A DNA stretch of 64,000 nucleotides from Ignavibacteriota bacterium. Its GTDB lineage: Bacteria > Bacteroidota > Ignavibacteria > UBA10030 > UBA6906. The DNA is taken from NCBI GenBank assembly GCA_963801355.1, contig CAWDEM010000008.1, positions 480,001-544,000 of the forward strand. The letters are read 5' to 3'. The notes beneath the pieces are model-generated. The model was not told the origin of the DNA. It did not search any database and saw only the letters and a program-made list of their open reading frames with translations. Made by a program: the position numbers and the translations under genes. Below, one piece after another: positions 1 through 9,493 of this stretch (its first letter is position 1; each line of letters starts with the position of its first letter).

Positions 1-1
1 T

Positions 2-1048
2 TTCGGCGCCACCATCCTCTATCTTACCATGGTCAGCATTGCCGCCGGTTCGTTGTTCCTGATTGCGCTCGAGTATATTGCAGGGGCGGTCTGGAGCGTT
101 CCCATGCGGAGGGCCAATGAGTTTCTTGCGGGACTCTCGCCGTTCCTGATACTCCTGGCCGTGCCGTTGCTCCTGCACATCCATGATCTCTTTCACTGGA
201 GCCATCCGGAAGCCATGGCGAGTGATGAGCTGCTCAAAGGCAAGGCGCCGTATCTGAATATCCCTTTTTTTGTATTGCGCACAATCGTGATCCTGGGTAT
301 CTGGTCCCTCTTTGCGGCGCTTTTTGTGAGGAACTCCACCGCACAGGACGTCTCGCGGGATCCCGCCCTCACGCGCAAGAACGTGTATTTGGCGGCAGCG
401 TTTCTTCCGGTGTTCGCGATTACGATCACTCTGACGGCCTTCGATTGGGGAATGAGTCTGGAAGCACACTGGTACTCCACCATCTACGGTGTCTACTTCT
501 TCGCGGGTACCGTGCTGACGGCACTGGCCGCCGGAACGCTGGTTGTTCTGAATCTGCAGAAAACCGGCTCTATCCCCGCACTGCGCCCTGACCACTACTA
601 CAGTCTGGGTGCACTCATGTTCGGTTTTGTGAATTTCTGGGCATACATTGCATTCAGTCAGTTCCTTCTGATCTGGTATGCGAACATTCCCGAAGAAACA
701 TACTGGTTTATGGCACGTTGGAGAAACGGCTGGCAGTATGTGTCGGTCCTTCTGATTCTCGTGCACTTCCTTGTGCCGTATTTTGTGCTGTTGTCGCAGG
801 AAGCAAAAATGAATCCGGCCCGCCTGAGATTCATGGCGATCTGGCTGATCGCCGCGCATGTGCTCGACCTTTACTGGCTCGTCATGCCGACATACGCGCC
901 CGGTATCACACTCGGATGGGTGGAACTCGGGTTCCCTCTCATCGGGGTCGGCATGACTGTCCTGCTGCTTTCGTGGAAGACTAAACGGTACAACACGGTG
1001 CCGATCGGAGATCCCAAGCTGCAGAGGGGTCTTGATTTCAGGCTTTGA
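2..1048 (+). CDS. actF: Alternative complex III membrane subunit ActF (5'-truncated by window edge)
   Basis: The frame is open from base 2. Polytopic membrane protein with 'PYLNIPFF', 'FDWGMSLEAHWYSTIYG', 'FWAYIAFSQFLLIWYANIPEET' and C-terminal 'PIGDP' motifs typical of ActF; followed by oxidase genes. Confidence 0.85.
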   Translation, partial: FGATILYLTMVSIAAGSLFLIALEYIAGAVWSVPMRRANEFLAGLSPFLILLAVPLLLHIHDLFHWSHPEAMASDELLKGKAPYLNIPFFVLRTIVILGIWSLFAALFVRNSTAQDVSRDPALTRKNVYLAAAFLPVFAITITLTAFDWGMSLEAHWYSTIYGVYFFAGTVLTALAAGTLVVLNLQKTGSIPALRPDHYYSLGALMFGFVNFWAYIAFSQFLLIWYANIPEETYWFMARWRNGWQYVSVLLILVHFLVPYFVLLSQEAKMNPARLRFMAIWLIAAHVLDLYWLVMPTYAPGITLGWVELGFPLIGVGMTVLLLSWKTKRYNTVPIGDPKLQRGLDFRL

Positions 1049-1065
1049 GAAAGTCAAGGAGTCCG

Positions 1066-2001
1066 ATGGAGCAGTTGCCGCAATACAAAGAGGAAGTGGA
1101 TTTCCGGGATCTGCTGCGCAGCCCCCGTAAGTTGTTCGGGCTCAGCTTCCTGTACTTCCTGGGACTCCTGGTCCTTGTGGGCATAATGTATGCGTGGAAC
1201 CTGAACGACATCGGAAAGAACACGGTCGTGCCGCTCGTGCTGACCGACTCCTCGGCATTCGTGCAGGATATCCCGATGCAATCACAGGGGGTTCTCCCTC
1301 CGGTGGATGTCAACAGCGTGGCCAAACCAAACAGTGAACTCCTCGCCCGCGGGCGTGAGCTCTTCAAGGCGAATTGCTCCTCCTGCCACGGTGACAACGG
1401 CATGGGAGACGGCCCGGCCGGTCTCGTGCTCAACCCCCGCCCCAGAAATTTCCACCAGGCGGCCGGCTGGACCAAAGGAGCCAAAGTGTCGGAGATCTAC
1501 CGGACTCTTGAAGAAGGCATAGTCAAGAACGGCATGGCCTCGTACAGCTACCTCCCACCGGCGGATCGTTTCGCACTGATCCACGTCGTGCGCTCGTTCA
1601 ATCCCTCGCCGCCGGACGATGCGCAGCAAGAGATCGCCGCCCTGGAAACAACCTATCAGCTCTCAAAGGGGAGGAACGTCCCGGCCCAGATTCCTGTGAA
1701 GGTGGCGATGAATCGCATTGCCGCTGAAACGGAACGGGGCAGGGAAGTGCTCCTTTCACGGATCAAAGAAATGCGTATCAGTCAGGTTCCGGGTGCGGTG
1801 CTCTTCTCGCGCTACATCCATGATCCCGCGCGGTTTCTGACCGCCTGCGGGTCGAGGCCCGGGATGATCAACTCTCTAGAAGATTTTGTCCGTCTTGTGA
1901 GCAGTGACCCTGTCGCGGTCGGTGCCGTACCCGGCGTGACGAATCTCGCAGGCCGTGATTGGGCCGTTTTGCACCAGTTCGTTCTCTCGGAGGTCCGTTG
2001 A
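1066..2001 (+). CDS. Membrane-anchored monoheme c-type cytochrome
   Basis: AAGGAG RBS before ATG 1066; N-terminal TM helix; CSSCH heme motif followed by 'GDNGMGDGPAG..LNPRPRNF' and a distal Met (NGMASY). Confidence 0.85.
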   Translation: MEQLPQYKEEVDFRDLLRSPRKLFGLSFLYFLGLLVLVGIMYAWNLNDIGKNTVVPLVLTDSSAFVQDIPMQSQGVLPPVDVNSVAKPNSELLARGRELFKANCSSCHGDNGMGDGPAGLVLNPRPRNFHQAAGWTKGAKVSEIYRTLEEGIVKNGMASYSYLPPADRFALIHVVRSFNPSPPDDAQQEIAALETTYQLSKGRNVPAQIPVKVAMNRIAAETERGREVLLSRIKEMRISQVPGAVLFSRYIHDPARFLTACGSRPGMINSLEDFVRLVSSDPVAVGAVPGVTNLAGRDWAVLHQFVLSEVR

Positions 2002-2792
2002 TGCAGCATCATGGAGTTGTGACGGCCGTGCTCTGTGCCGCCCTGTCTGTCGCGCTGATGCAACCATTGCGCGCACAAGGGACTCAGGTCCGCCCGGAAA
2101 TCGGGATCGAAGAACATCTCGGGACCGTGCTTCCGCTGGATGTGGAACTGTATGATGAACAGGGACATCTGACGGCACTGCGGAAGGTGATCACCAAGCC
2201 CACCATCGTTACCTTTGTGTATTTCCGCTGCCCGGGGATTTGCAGTCCGCTTCTGACCGAGCTGAGCCGTGTCGTGGACAACATCAGCCTTGTACTTGGA
2301 ACGGACTACCAGATTGTCACGATCAGTTTCGATCCCCGCGAGACGCCCGATCTGGCCGCCTCGAAGAAGGAAAGCTATCTCGGTGCGTTGCGACACAAGG
2401 TCGACCCGGCGGGGTGGCGATGGTTCACGGGGGACAGTGTTGCGATTCATCGTCTAACCGATGCAGCGGGTTTCTACTTCAAGCGCGACGGCGAGGACTT
2501 CGTGCATGCCGGCGCGCTTATCGTGATCTCCCCCGAGGGCAAAGTGACACGGTACATCAACGGCATTCAGTATCTCCCGTTTGACGTCAAGATGGCCGTC
2601 GTTGAAGCGGCGGAGGGGCGGACGGGTCCGACCATCGCCAAGCTCCTGGCATTCTGCTATCGCTATGATCCCGAGGCCCGGACCTACGCCTTGAATGTCA
2701 CGCGCGTCTCAGGAATCGTGATCGTCGCACTCGCGGCGATCTTCGTGATCGTGTTCGTTCGCCGGCCCAGAAAGGTGACTGCAGAAAGGTAA
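2001..2792 (+). CDS. SCO1/SenC family copper chaperone
   Basis: TGATG overlap with the upstream stop; signal peptide; 'YFRCPGICS' CxxxC motif; conserved His (FVHAG); C-terminal TM helix. Confidence 0.9.
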   Translation: MQHHGVVTAVLCAALSVALMQPLRAQGTQVRPEIGIEEHLGTVLPLDVELYDEQGHLTALRKVITKPTIVTFVYFRCPGICSPLLTELSRVVDNISLVLGTDYQIVTISFDPRETPDLAASKKESYLGALRHKVDPAGWRWFTGDSVAIHRLTDAAGFYFKRDGEDFVHAGALIVISPEGKVTRYINGIQYLPFDVKMAVVEAAEGRTGPTIAKLLAFCYRYDPEARTYALNVTRVSGIVIVALAAIFVIVFVRRPRKVTAER

Positions 2793-2799
2793 CTCGACT

Positions 2800-4446
2800 A
2801 TGGCAGATCGGAATGCATCCGTCGACAAGATCTCCCCGGGGTTCTACGCTGAGCCGGGGCGCCACAGGGGTGTAGCGGCGTGGATCCTGAGTACGGACCA
2901 CAAACGGATCGGGCTGCTGTACTTTGGCGCGATAATGATATTCTTCCTCACGGCGGTCAGCCTTGGATTTCTGATGCGGTTGGAGCTGCTCACGCACGGC
3001 AAAACGATCGTCGAGCCGCAGACGTACAATACGATGTTCACGCTTCACGGAATCATCATGATCTTCCTGTTCATCATCCCGGGCCTGCCCGCGGTGTTCG
3101 GGAATTTCATGCTGCCATTGTTGATCGGTGCAAAGGATGTCTTCTTTCCCCGCCTCAACCTGTTGTCGTGGTGGTTGTTCATCATCGGTGGACTTCTTGC
3201 GCTGACATCGGTATTCCTTCCCGGCGGAGCCGCAGACACCGGCTGGACCTTCTATGTCCCGTATAGCGTGCGGACGTCGACAAATGTCATTCCCGCGCTC
3301 ATGGCGGCATTTATCCTCGGGTTTTCCTCGATTCTCACCGGTTTGAATTTCATTACGACCATCCACCGGATGCGCGCGCCCGGCATGGGGTGGTTCAAAA
3401 TGCCGCTCTTCGTCTGGTCCCTGTATGCCACCGCCTGGATTCAGGTGCTGGCGACACCGATTATCGGTATCACTCTGCTGCTGGTGGCGATTGAGCGATG
3501 GTTCGGCGTGGGCATCTTCGATCCCGCGCGCGGCGGCGACCCGGTGCTCTACCAGCATCTCTTCTGGATCTATTCGCACCCCGCGGTCTACATCATGATA
3601 CTCCCGGGCATGGGTATAGTCTCCGAGATTATACCCGTGTTTGCCCGGCGTACGATATTTGGCTACAAGTACATTGCTTATTCCAGCCTTGCGATCGCGT
3701 TCTTCGGGTCGCTCGTGTGGGCACACCATATGTTCACCGTCGGGATGAGCAACACCGGCATGTTCATCTTCTCCTTGCTGACATTCCTGGTCTCCATCCC
3801 GAGTGCCATCAAGATCTTCAACTGGATCGCCACACTCTACAAAGGGTCGATAGTTCTGGAACCCCCCATGTTGTTTGTGCTTTCGTTCATCGTGCAGTTT
3901 TCCATCGGTGGATTCACCGGGCTGATGCTGGGCGCCCTGGCAGTGAACATCCATGTGCAGGACACCTATTTTGTTGTCGGGCATTTCCACTACGTCATGT
4001 TCGGCGGCACCGGGTTCGCATTGTTCGGTGCCATGCACTACTGGTTCCCCAAAATGTTCGGCCGGATGTACGCGCGCAAACCCGCCTACGTCTCCTGGTT
4101 CCTGACCACGGTCGGCTTCAACACGCTGTACTTTCCGTTTCTGGTGCTGGGCTACATGGGGATGCCGCGCCGGTATTATGACTCTCTCCCGGAGTTCCAA
4201 CCGCTGCACACCATCGCCACGATCGGCTCCTGGATCCTTGTCCTGGGCATCATCGTCATGGTAGTGAATCTGCTTGTCTCCATACGGAGAGGAGCACGTG
4301 CTCCGGCTAATCCCTGGGGAGGCAAAACGCTTGAGTGGCAGGTGTCGTCTCCTCCACCGACGGAGAATTTCCACACGATTCCCGTGGTGACGCACGGGCC
4401 GTATGACTACGAATCCCACGAACCGTCCGCTGCGGAGGTCCGGTGA
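2800..4446 (+). CDS. ctaD: Cytochrome c oxidase subunit I (A2-type heme-copper oxidase)
   Basis: TDHKRIG, TLHG, 'WIYSHPAVY' (YS motif of the A2 type), WAHHM, GHFHY and GMPRRY motifs. Confidence 0.97.
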   Translation: MADRNASVDKISPGFYAEPGRHRGVAAWILSTDHKRIGLLYFGAIMIFFLTAVSLGFLMRLELLTHGKTIVEPQTYNTMFTLHGIIMIFLFIIPGLPAVFGNFMLPLLIGAKDVFFPRLNLLSWWLFIIGGLLALTSVFLPGGAADTGWTFYVPYSVRTSTNVIPALMAAFILGFSSILTGLNFITTIHRMRAPGMGWFKMPLFVWSLYATAWIQVLATPIIGITLLLVAIERWFGVGIFDPARGGDPVLYQHLFWIYSHPAVYIMILPGMGIVSEIIPVFARRTIFGYKYIAYSSLAIAFFGSLVWAHHMFTVGMSNTGMFIFSLLTFLVSIPSAIKIFNWIATLYKGSIVLEPPMLFVLSFIVQFSIGGFTGLMLGALAVNIHVQDTYFVVGHFHYVMFGGTGFALFGAMHYWFPKMFGRMYARKPAYVSWFLTTVGFNTLYFPFLVLGYMGMPRRYYDSLPEFQPLHTIATIGSWILVLGIIVMVVNLLVSIRRGARAPANPWGGKTLEWQVSSPPPTENFHTIPVVTHGPYDYESHEPSAAEVR

Positions 4447-5072
4447 ACGTGCAACCTCTTGTGGTACCGGGTGACAGCCATGTCCATCGCGATGACATCG
4501 GTTCGCGCATGGGGATGTGGCTCTTTCTTTTCACGGAGCTGATCCTGTTCGGCGGACTGTTTATTGTGTACGCTGTCTATCGGTTCAGCCACTTCCAGGA
4601 GTTCCAGCTGGCGGCCAAGCAGCTCGACACCACGGTCGGCACGCTCAACACGTTGATCCTGCTGACAAGCAGCCTGACCATCGCTCTGTCCATCGTCGCC
4701 CTCCGCGAAGGGAGGATAGGATTCTCAAAGGCCCTGGTGGCCATGACGCTGGTGCTGGCGGCGGCATTCCTGGTGAACAAGTACTTTGAATGGAATCACA
4801 AATTTGAGATTGGCATCTACCCCGGTTCCCCGGACTTGCTGAGTCAACCCCAGGGAGTGATCCTGTATTTCGGCCTCTACTTCGTTATGACGGGGCTGCA
4901 TGCCCTGCACGTGATCATTGGCGCGGGCGTACTCGGTTATATGTACCGAGCCATCGGACGGGGAATCGTGCGGCCCGACGCCACGGTGCGGCTTGAAGCA
5001 GGCGGATTGTACTGGCACCTTGTGGACATCATCTGGATCTTTCTCTTTCCTTTGTTCTATCTCTTGCAGTAA
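4443..5072 (+). CDS. ctaE: Cytochrome c oxidase subunit III
   Basis: 'GMWLFLFTELILFGGLF', 'TGLHALHV', 'GLYWHLVDIIWIFLFPLFY'; GTGA overlap with ctaD. Confidence 0.95.
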   Translation: MNVQPLVVPGDSHVHRDDIGSRMGMWLFLFTELILFGGLFIVYAVYRFSHFQEFQLAAKQLDTTVGTLNTLILLTSSLTIALSIVALREGRIGFSKALVAMTLVLAAAFLVNKYFEWNHKFEIGIYPGSPDLLSQPQGVILYFGLYFVMTGLHALHVIIGAGVLGYMYRAIGRGIVRPDATVRLEAGGLYWHLVDIIWIFLFPLFYLLQ

Positions 5073-5084
5073 GGATGACCCCAC

Positions 5085-5390
5085 ATGGATGGATCTCAAC
5101 ACACGCTCTCCTCTGACCGAAGCCCGGCGGCGACCTACGGACGTTATCTGCTTGCGTGGATCGGCCTTGTAGCCCTGACCTCCCTCACCGTCGCCCTGGC
5201 AGGGATGAGTCTGGGCCGCTGGGTGATCGTCACGGCGCTGACTATTGCTTGCATCAAGAGCACGATGGTGCTTTTCACGTTCATGCATCTCCGTTCAGAA
5301 GAGCGCATATTCCGCGTGTTCGTGCTCGTGGCGTTGCTAACACTGATTATCTTCTTCGTGTTGACGTTTTTTGATTATGCGTTCCATTGA
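5085..5390 (+). CDS. ctaF: Cytochrome c oxidase subunit IV family protein
   Basis: 101 aa with three TM helices and 'IACIKSTMVLFTFMHLR'; lies between subunits III and II. Confidence 0.85.
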   Translation: MDGSQHTLSSDRSPAATYGRYLLAWIGLVALTSLTVALAGMSLGRWVIVTALTIACIKSTMVLFTFMHLRSEERIFRVFVLVALLTLIIFFVLTFFDYAFH

Positions 5391-5417
5391 GTTTTTGGAA
5401 GAACGGGACTACCAGAC

Positions 5418-6077
5418 ATGTTTACCGGATCCTCGCCTTTTTCGGACTACGTCGATACGACGTTTCTGATCATTGTCGGGCTCTCGACAGTCGTCCTCAT
5501 CGGACTGGTAGCTACGATGATCTACTTTGTCATCCGCTACAGCCGCAAACGCAATCCGCAGGCGACGAATATCGAGGGAAACCTCACTCTGGAGATCGCC
5601 TGGACGGTAATCCCGGTCGTGCTATTCATGGGGATGTTTTACATGGGATGGAAGGGGTACCTGAAGACGGTGGATGTGCCTGCGGACGCCGTGCCGATTC
5701 GGGTGACTGCGCGGATGTGGCAATGGGGTTTCGAGTACCCGAACGGGGTCACGACCGACACGCTCTATGTCCCGGTCAGGACGCCGATAAAGCTCACACT
5801 GCATTCTCTGGATGTCAACCATTCGATGTACATACCTGCATTCCGGATAAAAAAGGATGCTATTCCCAACAGGGAAAATGTCATGTGGTTCAGCACGCCC
5901 GAGCCGCGCTCGTACGACATCGCCTGTGCGGAGTACTGCGGGCTCCGGCATGCCTATATGTACACGAAAGTGGTGGCGATGGAGCTCCCGGCGTTCGAGT
6001 CGTGGTACAGGGAGGCTTCACGGAAGGCCAACCGACCTTTTGAGCCGATTACTTCAGCCGCTGCAACACGGAACTAA
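5418..6077 (+). CDS. ctaC: Cytochrome c oxidase subunit II
   Basis: Two TM helices (LEIAWTVIP), 'MWQWGFEY', CuA ligands 'DVNHS' and 'CAEYCGLRHAYM'; no fused cytochrome c. Confidence 0.95.
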   Translation: MFTGSSPFSDYVDTTFLIIVGLSTVVLIGLVATMIYFVIRYSRKRNPQATNIEGNLTLEIAWTVIPVVLFMGMFYMGWKGYLKTVDVPADAVPIRVTARMWQWGFEYPNGVTTDTLYVPVRTPIKLTLHSLDVNHSMYIPAFRIKKDAIPNRENVMWFSTPEPRSYDIACAEYCGLRHAYMYTKVVAMELPAFESWYREASRKANRPFEPITSAAATRN

Positions 6078-6089
6078 TACCGGCGGATT

Positions 6090-7448
6090 ATGGATGTTCT
6101 GAATACACTTGCCCTCCCCCAGTCGACGGAGCACTTTCACCTCCTGCTGCTGGTGTACAACCTGGTCATGCTCTTCTTCCTCCCGTACTTCGCAATGCTC
6201 GTGGGGAGTCTGCTGATGGCGGTGATCATGGATCGCCGTGCGGAACGATCAGAGAATCCGGGGCCCGGAAGGCTTGCGCGGCGGTTGGCCGGCGTTGCGC
6301 TGCCGGACCGGAGCACCTTCCTTTTTCTGGCTGTGCTTCCTTCGCTCGTCGTTGTCTTTCTGTTTGTGCAAATCTTCCAGGAGACGTCTGCGCTCGCGCC
6401 CGGGTTCGCCGCGCTCGGGAGTCTTTTCCTGATCGCCGGAGGGATCGCGGGCTTTGCGTTCAAGTATACGTTTACGCTCGACGACATCGTTTCGCTTGCC
6501 AGCAGAGGGAGCGGTACGCCGAAGGATGCGGGCCAACCCCTCGCAATTACCGGTTTCCTGGATTCAACACGCAAAACACACCGGCGGGCAGGGAACTGGG
6601 CTGTGGCCCTTCTCCTCGTAGGGGCGTTCTTTTTCGGCGGGGCATCAACGATCTGCCTCAATCCTGCTCTGTGGCTTGCCGTGGACGGGTTGCCCGCTTT
6701 GCTGCTCACCGGCGAGGTCTGGATTGAGATGATTGCCTTTCTTGCCGCAGCTGCGGGAATGTCAGGCGCCGGAATCCTCTTTCACCGCTATGTGTGGCAT
6801 GCCGCGGGAACATTGGATGATCCGGATGATGCGTTGATCCACAGAGTGTCACTGCGGCTCACGTCGACCGGGATCCTGGCGATGCCGGTGGTGTGGCTCC
6901 TGGGCACGGCCTTCATCCCCGCAACATCACTCGCCGGCTCGGTGTACGCTCTTCTCGGTCTCTCCTTCGGCGCCCTTGGATTGGCGCTGCTCTTTCTCTA
7001 CGCGTTCGTGCAGAACGGCAGGCGACTGTTTGTTGCACTTCTCGTGGTGACAATTGTTGCCGCCCTCGGGCTCAATGTCACAAAGAACAGGGTGGCCCTG
7101 CACGTCGGCACTGCGGATCACGCGGCGCTGCTCGCCGGCGTGTATGACAAACAGACGGAGGAATCCCGCGCGTCGCTGGGCGTGATGGCGAAGCAGATGA
7201 CAGGTGAGGAAATCTTCAATGCGAAGTGCTCTGCATGCCATGCGTTTGATCAGAAAAAAGTAGGACCGCCATACCAGGTGGTGCTTCCGAAGTATGCAGG
7301 GAGGAAACCGGCGCTGATTGCCTTTGTACTCGATCCCGTGAAGATCGACCCGGCCTATCCGAGCATGCCGTCGCAGGGGCTGAAGCCGTCTGAGGCGGAT
7401 TCCATTGCAACATATCTTCTTGGAAAGATCACCGCAGAGAAGCAATGA
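6090..7448 (+). CDS. Polytopic membrane protein with C-terminal c-type cytochrome domain
   Basis: About 9 hydrophobic segments followed by 'CSACH..DQKKVGP' and distal Met 'PSMP'. Confidence 0.75.
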   Translation: MDVLNTLALPQSTEHFHLLLLVYNLVMLFFLPYFAMLVGSLLMAVIMDRRAERSENPGPGRLARRLAGVALPDRSTFLFLAVLPSLVVVFLFVQIFQETSALAPGFAALGSLFLIAGGIAGFAFKYTFTLDDIVSLASRGSGTPKDAGQPLAITGFLDSTRKTHRRAGNWAVALLLVGAFFFGGASTICLNPALWLAVDGLPALLLTGEVWIEMIAFLAAAAGMSGAGILFHRYVWHAAGTLDDPDDALIHRVSLRLTSTGILAMPVVWLLGTAFIPATSLAGSVYALLGLSFGALGLALLFLYAFVQNGRRLFVALLVVTIVAALGLNVTKNRVALHVGTADHAALLAGVYDKQTEESRASLGVMAKQMTGEEIFNAKCSACHAFDQKKVGPPYQVVLPKYAGRKPALIAFVLDPVKIDPAYPSMPSQGLKPSEADSIATYLLGKITAEKQ

Positions 7449-8359
7449 GAGAGTTGGAGACAGGGAAGGTGCCGGCGGTTGGTGCGGGTGTCCGGGGTGC
7501 AACGGCGGCGGACTATCTCGCGCTGACGAAGCCCGGTCTTACCACCATGTCTGTCTGCACTGCTGCGGGTGGAGCATACCTTGCGTCAGGAGGTCATCCG
7601 GCCCCGCTGCTTCTGCTGAATCTGGTTGCCGGGACGTTTCTCGTCGGTGCGGGTGCCGGGGCTCTCAACCAATGGATCGAGCGGCGCACTGATGGGCTGA
7701 TGAAACGCACCGAGCGCAGGCCGCTTCCTTCGGGGAAGATCAGCCCGCTGGAGGGATGTGTGCTCGGGCTGTCGTGTGCCGTGGGCGGGGTGGTGTATCT
7801 TGCGGCGGCGACCACGGCTTCTGCCGCGATCCTGGCTGCAGTAACCCTTTTCGTGTATCTCGCGTTGTATACGCCGCTGAAGCAGGTGACTCATCTGTCA
7901 ACTGCCGTCGGAGGGATTCCCGGTGCGTTGCCGCCATTGATCGGCTGGATGGCCACGGGAAGGGGATTCACTCTCGAGGCATACCTGCTTTTCCTCTTTC
8001 TCTTCCTTTGGCAAATGCCCCATTTTCTTTCGCTCGCCTGGATATACCGGAGGGACTATGCAGCGGGCGGCTACCGGCTTTTGCCCGAATACGATGCCAC
8101 CGGCGCGGTGACAGGCAGGTTAGTCCTTCTCTATTCGGCATCGCTGATACCGGTGACGCTCTCGCTTGCCCTCGTAGGATTGATGGGATGGATCTTTCTG
8201 GCGGGCGGGCTGCTGGCAGGTGCTTGGTTTTTCACAGTCGGGGTGAGGTTTGCGCGGGAAATCACAAATGCCAACGCGCGGAAGCTGTTCCTCGCGTCCC
8301 TCCTCTACCTCTCCGTCATTCTTGCGTTGATGCTGCTCGACCGGATGTTGTCTGGCTGA
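7445..8359 (+). CDS. ctaB: Protoheme IX farnesyltransferase (heme o synthase)
   Basis: 'LTKP', 'NQWIERRTDGLMKRTERRPLPSG', 'YTPLK', 'PGALPPLIGW', 'WQMPHF' and 'RRDYAAGG' UbiA/CyoE motifs. Confidence 0.95.
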   Translation: MRELETGKVPAVGAGVRGATAADYLALTKPGLTTMSVCTAAGGAYLASGGHPAPLLLLNLVAGTFLVGAGAGALNQWIERRTDGLMKRTERRPLPSGKISPLEGCVLGLSCAVGGVVYLAAATTASAAILAAVTLFVYLALYTPLKQVTHLSTAVGGIPGALPPLIGWMATGRGFTLEAYLLFLFLFLWQMPHFLSLAWIYRRDYAAGGYRLLPEYDATGAVTGRLVLLYSASLIPVTLSLALVGLMGWIFLAGGLLAGAWFFTVGVRFAREITNANARKLFLASLLYLSVILALMLLDRMLSG

Positions 8360-8372
8360 AGGGATCTTGCGG

Positions 8373-9203
8373 TCAGCTGCCGGGAAGGGCCTTGATCACG
8401 TGCATCAAAAGACGGGAGAACTGCTCCCGCACCTGGTTGGCGACGGCGTTGACCTCGTCATGACTCAGCTTCGCACTGCTCGTGCCGGTGGCCTTGTTGG
8501 TGATGCAGGATATCCCCAGCACGCGCATGCCGAGGGCATGTGCGAGTGCGACCTCCAGAACTGTCGACATTCCGACTGCGTCCCCGCCAAGGCGGTGTAT
8601 CATCTCGATTTCAGCCGCGGTTTCGTAGGAAGGCCCCTTGAGTCCTGTATACACGCCCCGCACAACGCGGACGCCTATCTGATTTGCTATATCTTCTGCA
8701 ATCCTGATGAGCTGGGGATCGTATGGTCGGTTATCGTTCCGGGTCGGTTGCCGTGCGGGACTTGATTCGCCGGTGAGGTTTATGTGATCCGTGACGAGCA
8801 TAAGATCGCCTGGTACAAACGTGCGATTCACTCCTCCGGCGGCATTGGTGATAATGAGTGTGCGTGCTCCCAGCGCAGCGGCGACACGGATAGGGAAGAG
8901 GAGCATGTCGACGCTGCCTGTTTCGTAGAAATGGACTCTGCCGCGGAACGCCACGATATTCCGGTCGTCGATAGAACAAAAGACCAGCCTTCCGTCGTGG
9001 CCTTCAACCGTTGAGCGAGGATAGCCTGGTATTGAAGAGGTCTGAATTGCCCTCTTACAGGAGAGCGAATCCGTGAATCCGCCAAGACCTGAGCCAAGGA
9101 CCACGGCGATTTCGGGTTCAAACGGAGCCTGATGTTTGATGGTCTGAATGGCTGCTGCGAGGGATGCGTCAATCTTTCGCGAGTCTGGGGGATGCGCGTT
9201 CAC
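8373..9203 (-). CDS. punA: Purine-nucleoside phosphorylase (trimeric family)
   Basis: 'VLGSGLG', 'STVEGHDG', 'GRVHFYE', 'TNAAGG', 'GPSYETAAE', 'DAVGMST'. Confidence 0.95.
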   Translation of the reverse strand: MNAHPPDSRKIDASLAAAIQTIKHQAPFEPEIAVVLGSGLGGFTDSLSCKRAIQTSSIPGYPRSTVEGHDGRLVFCSIDDRNIVAFRGRVHFYETGSVDMLLFPIRVAAALGARTLIITNAAGGVNRTFVPGDLMLVTDHINLTGESSPARQPTRNDNRPYDPQLIRIAEDIANQIGVRVVRGVYTGLKGPSYETAAEIEMIHRLGGDAVGMSTVLEVALAHALGMRVLGISCITNKATGTSSAKLSHDEVNAVANQVREQFSRLLMHVIKALPGS

Positions 9204-9324
9204 AGGTTCCTGGAAGATGACGTGTTATGATATAATATTAGAAACAACATTATACGCAGGCTATAAGTTGTTTATATTTATGGTATTATTATATTGTTTA
9301 CAAGTATATTATAGTATTGGATCC

Positions 9325-9493
9325 TCAATTCTTGGGAGCCTTGAGTCGATCTAGACTCCTGGGGAGCTTCAATGAACTTCTCAGTCATGGGGACCTTCAA
9401 TGAACTTCTCACTCTTGGGGAACTTTAATAAATTCCTCACTCATGGCGAACTTCAATGAATCCCTTCACTCATGGGGAGGCTTGAAGCACTTC
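9325..9493. repeat. Degenerate 28-bp tandem repeat, about 6 units, the last overlapping the tdk 3' end
   Basis: Units start at 9325, 9353, 9381, 9409, 9437 (29 bp) and 9466; consensus TCACTCATGGGGAnCTTCAATGAACTTC. Confidence 0.85.

Noticed and set aside
2698-4419. 573-aa minus-strand ORF (and similar long shadows at 14162-15265, 17137-18270, 23580-24782, 43542-44624, 58394-59728)
   Set aside because: Antisense shadows of well-supported genes, expected with high GC3; no recognisable motifs.
9325-9493. Possible CRISPR array (28-bp repeats beside an AT-rich leader-like stretch)
   Set aside because: Units are directly adjacent with no unique spacers, are degenerate, and no cas genes are in the window.
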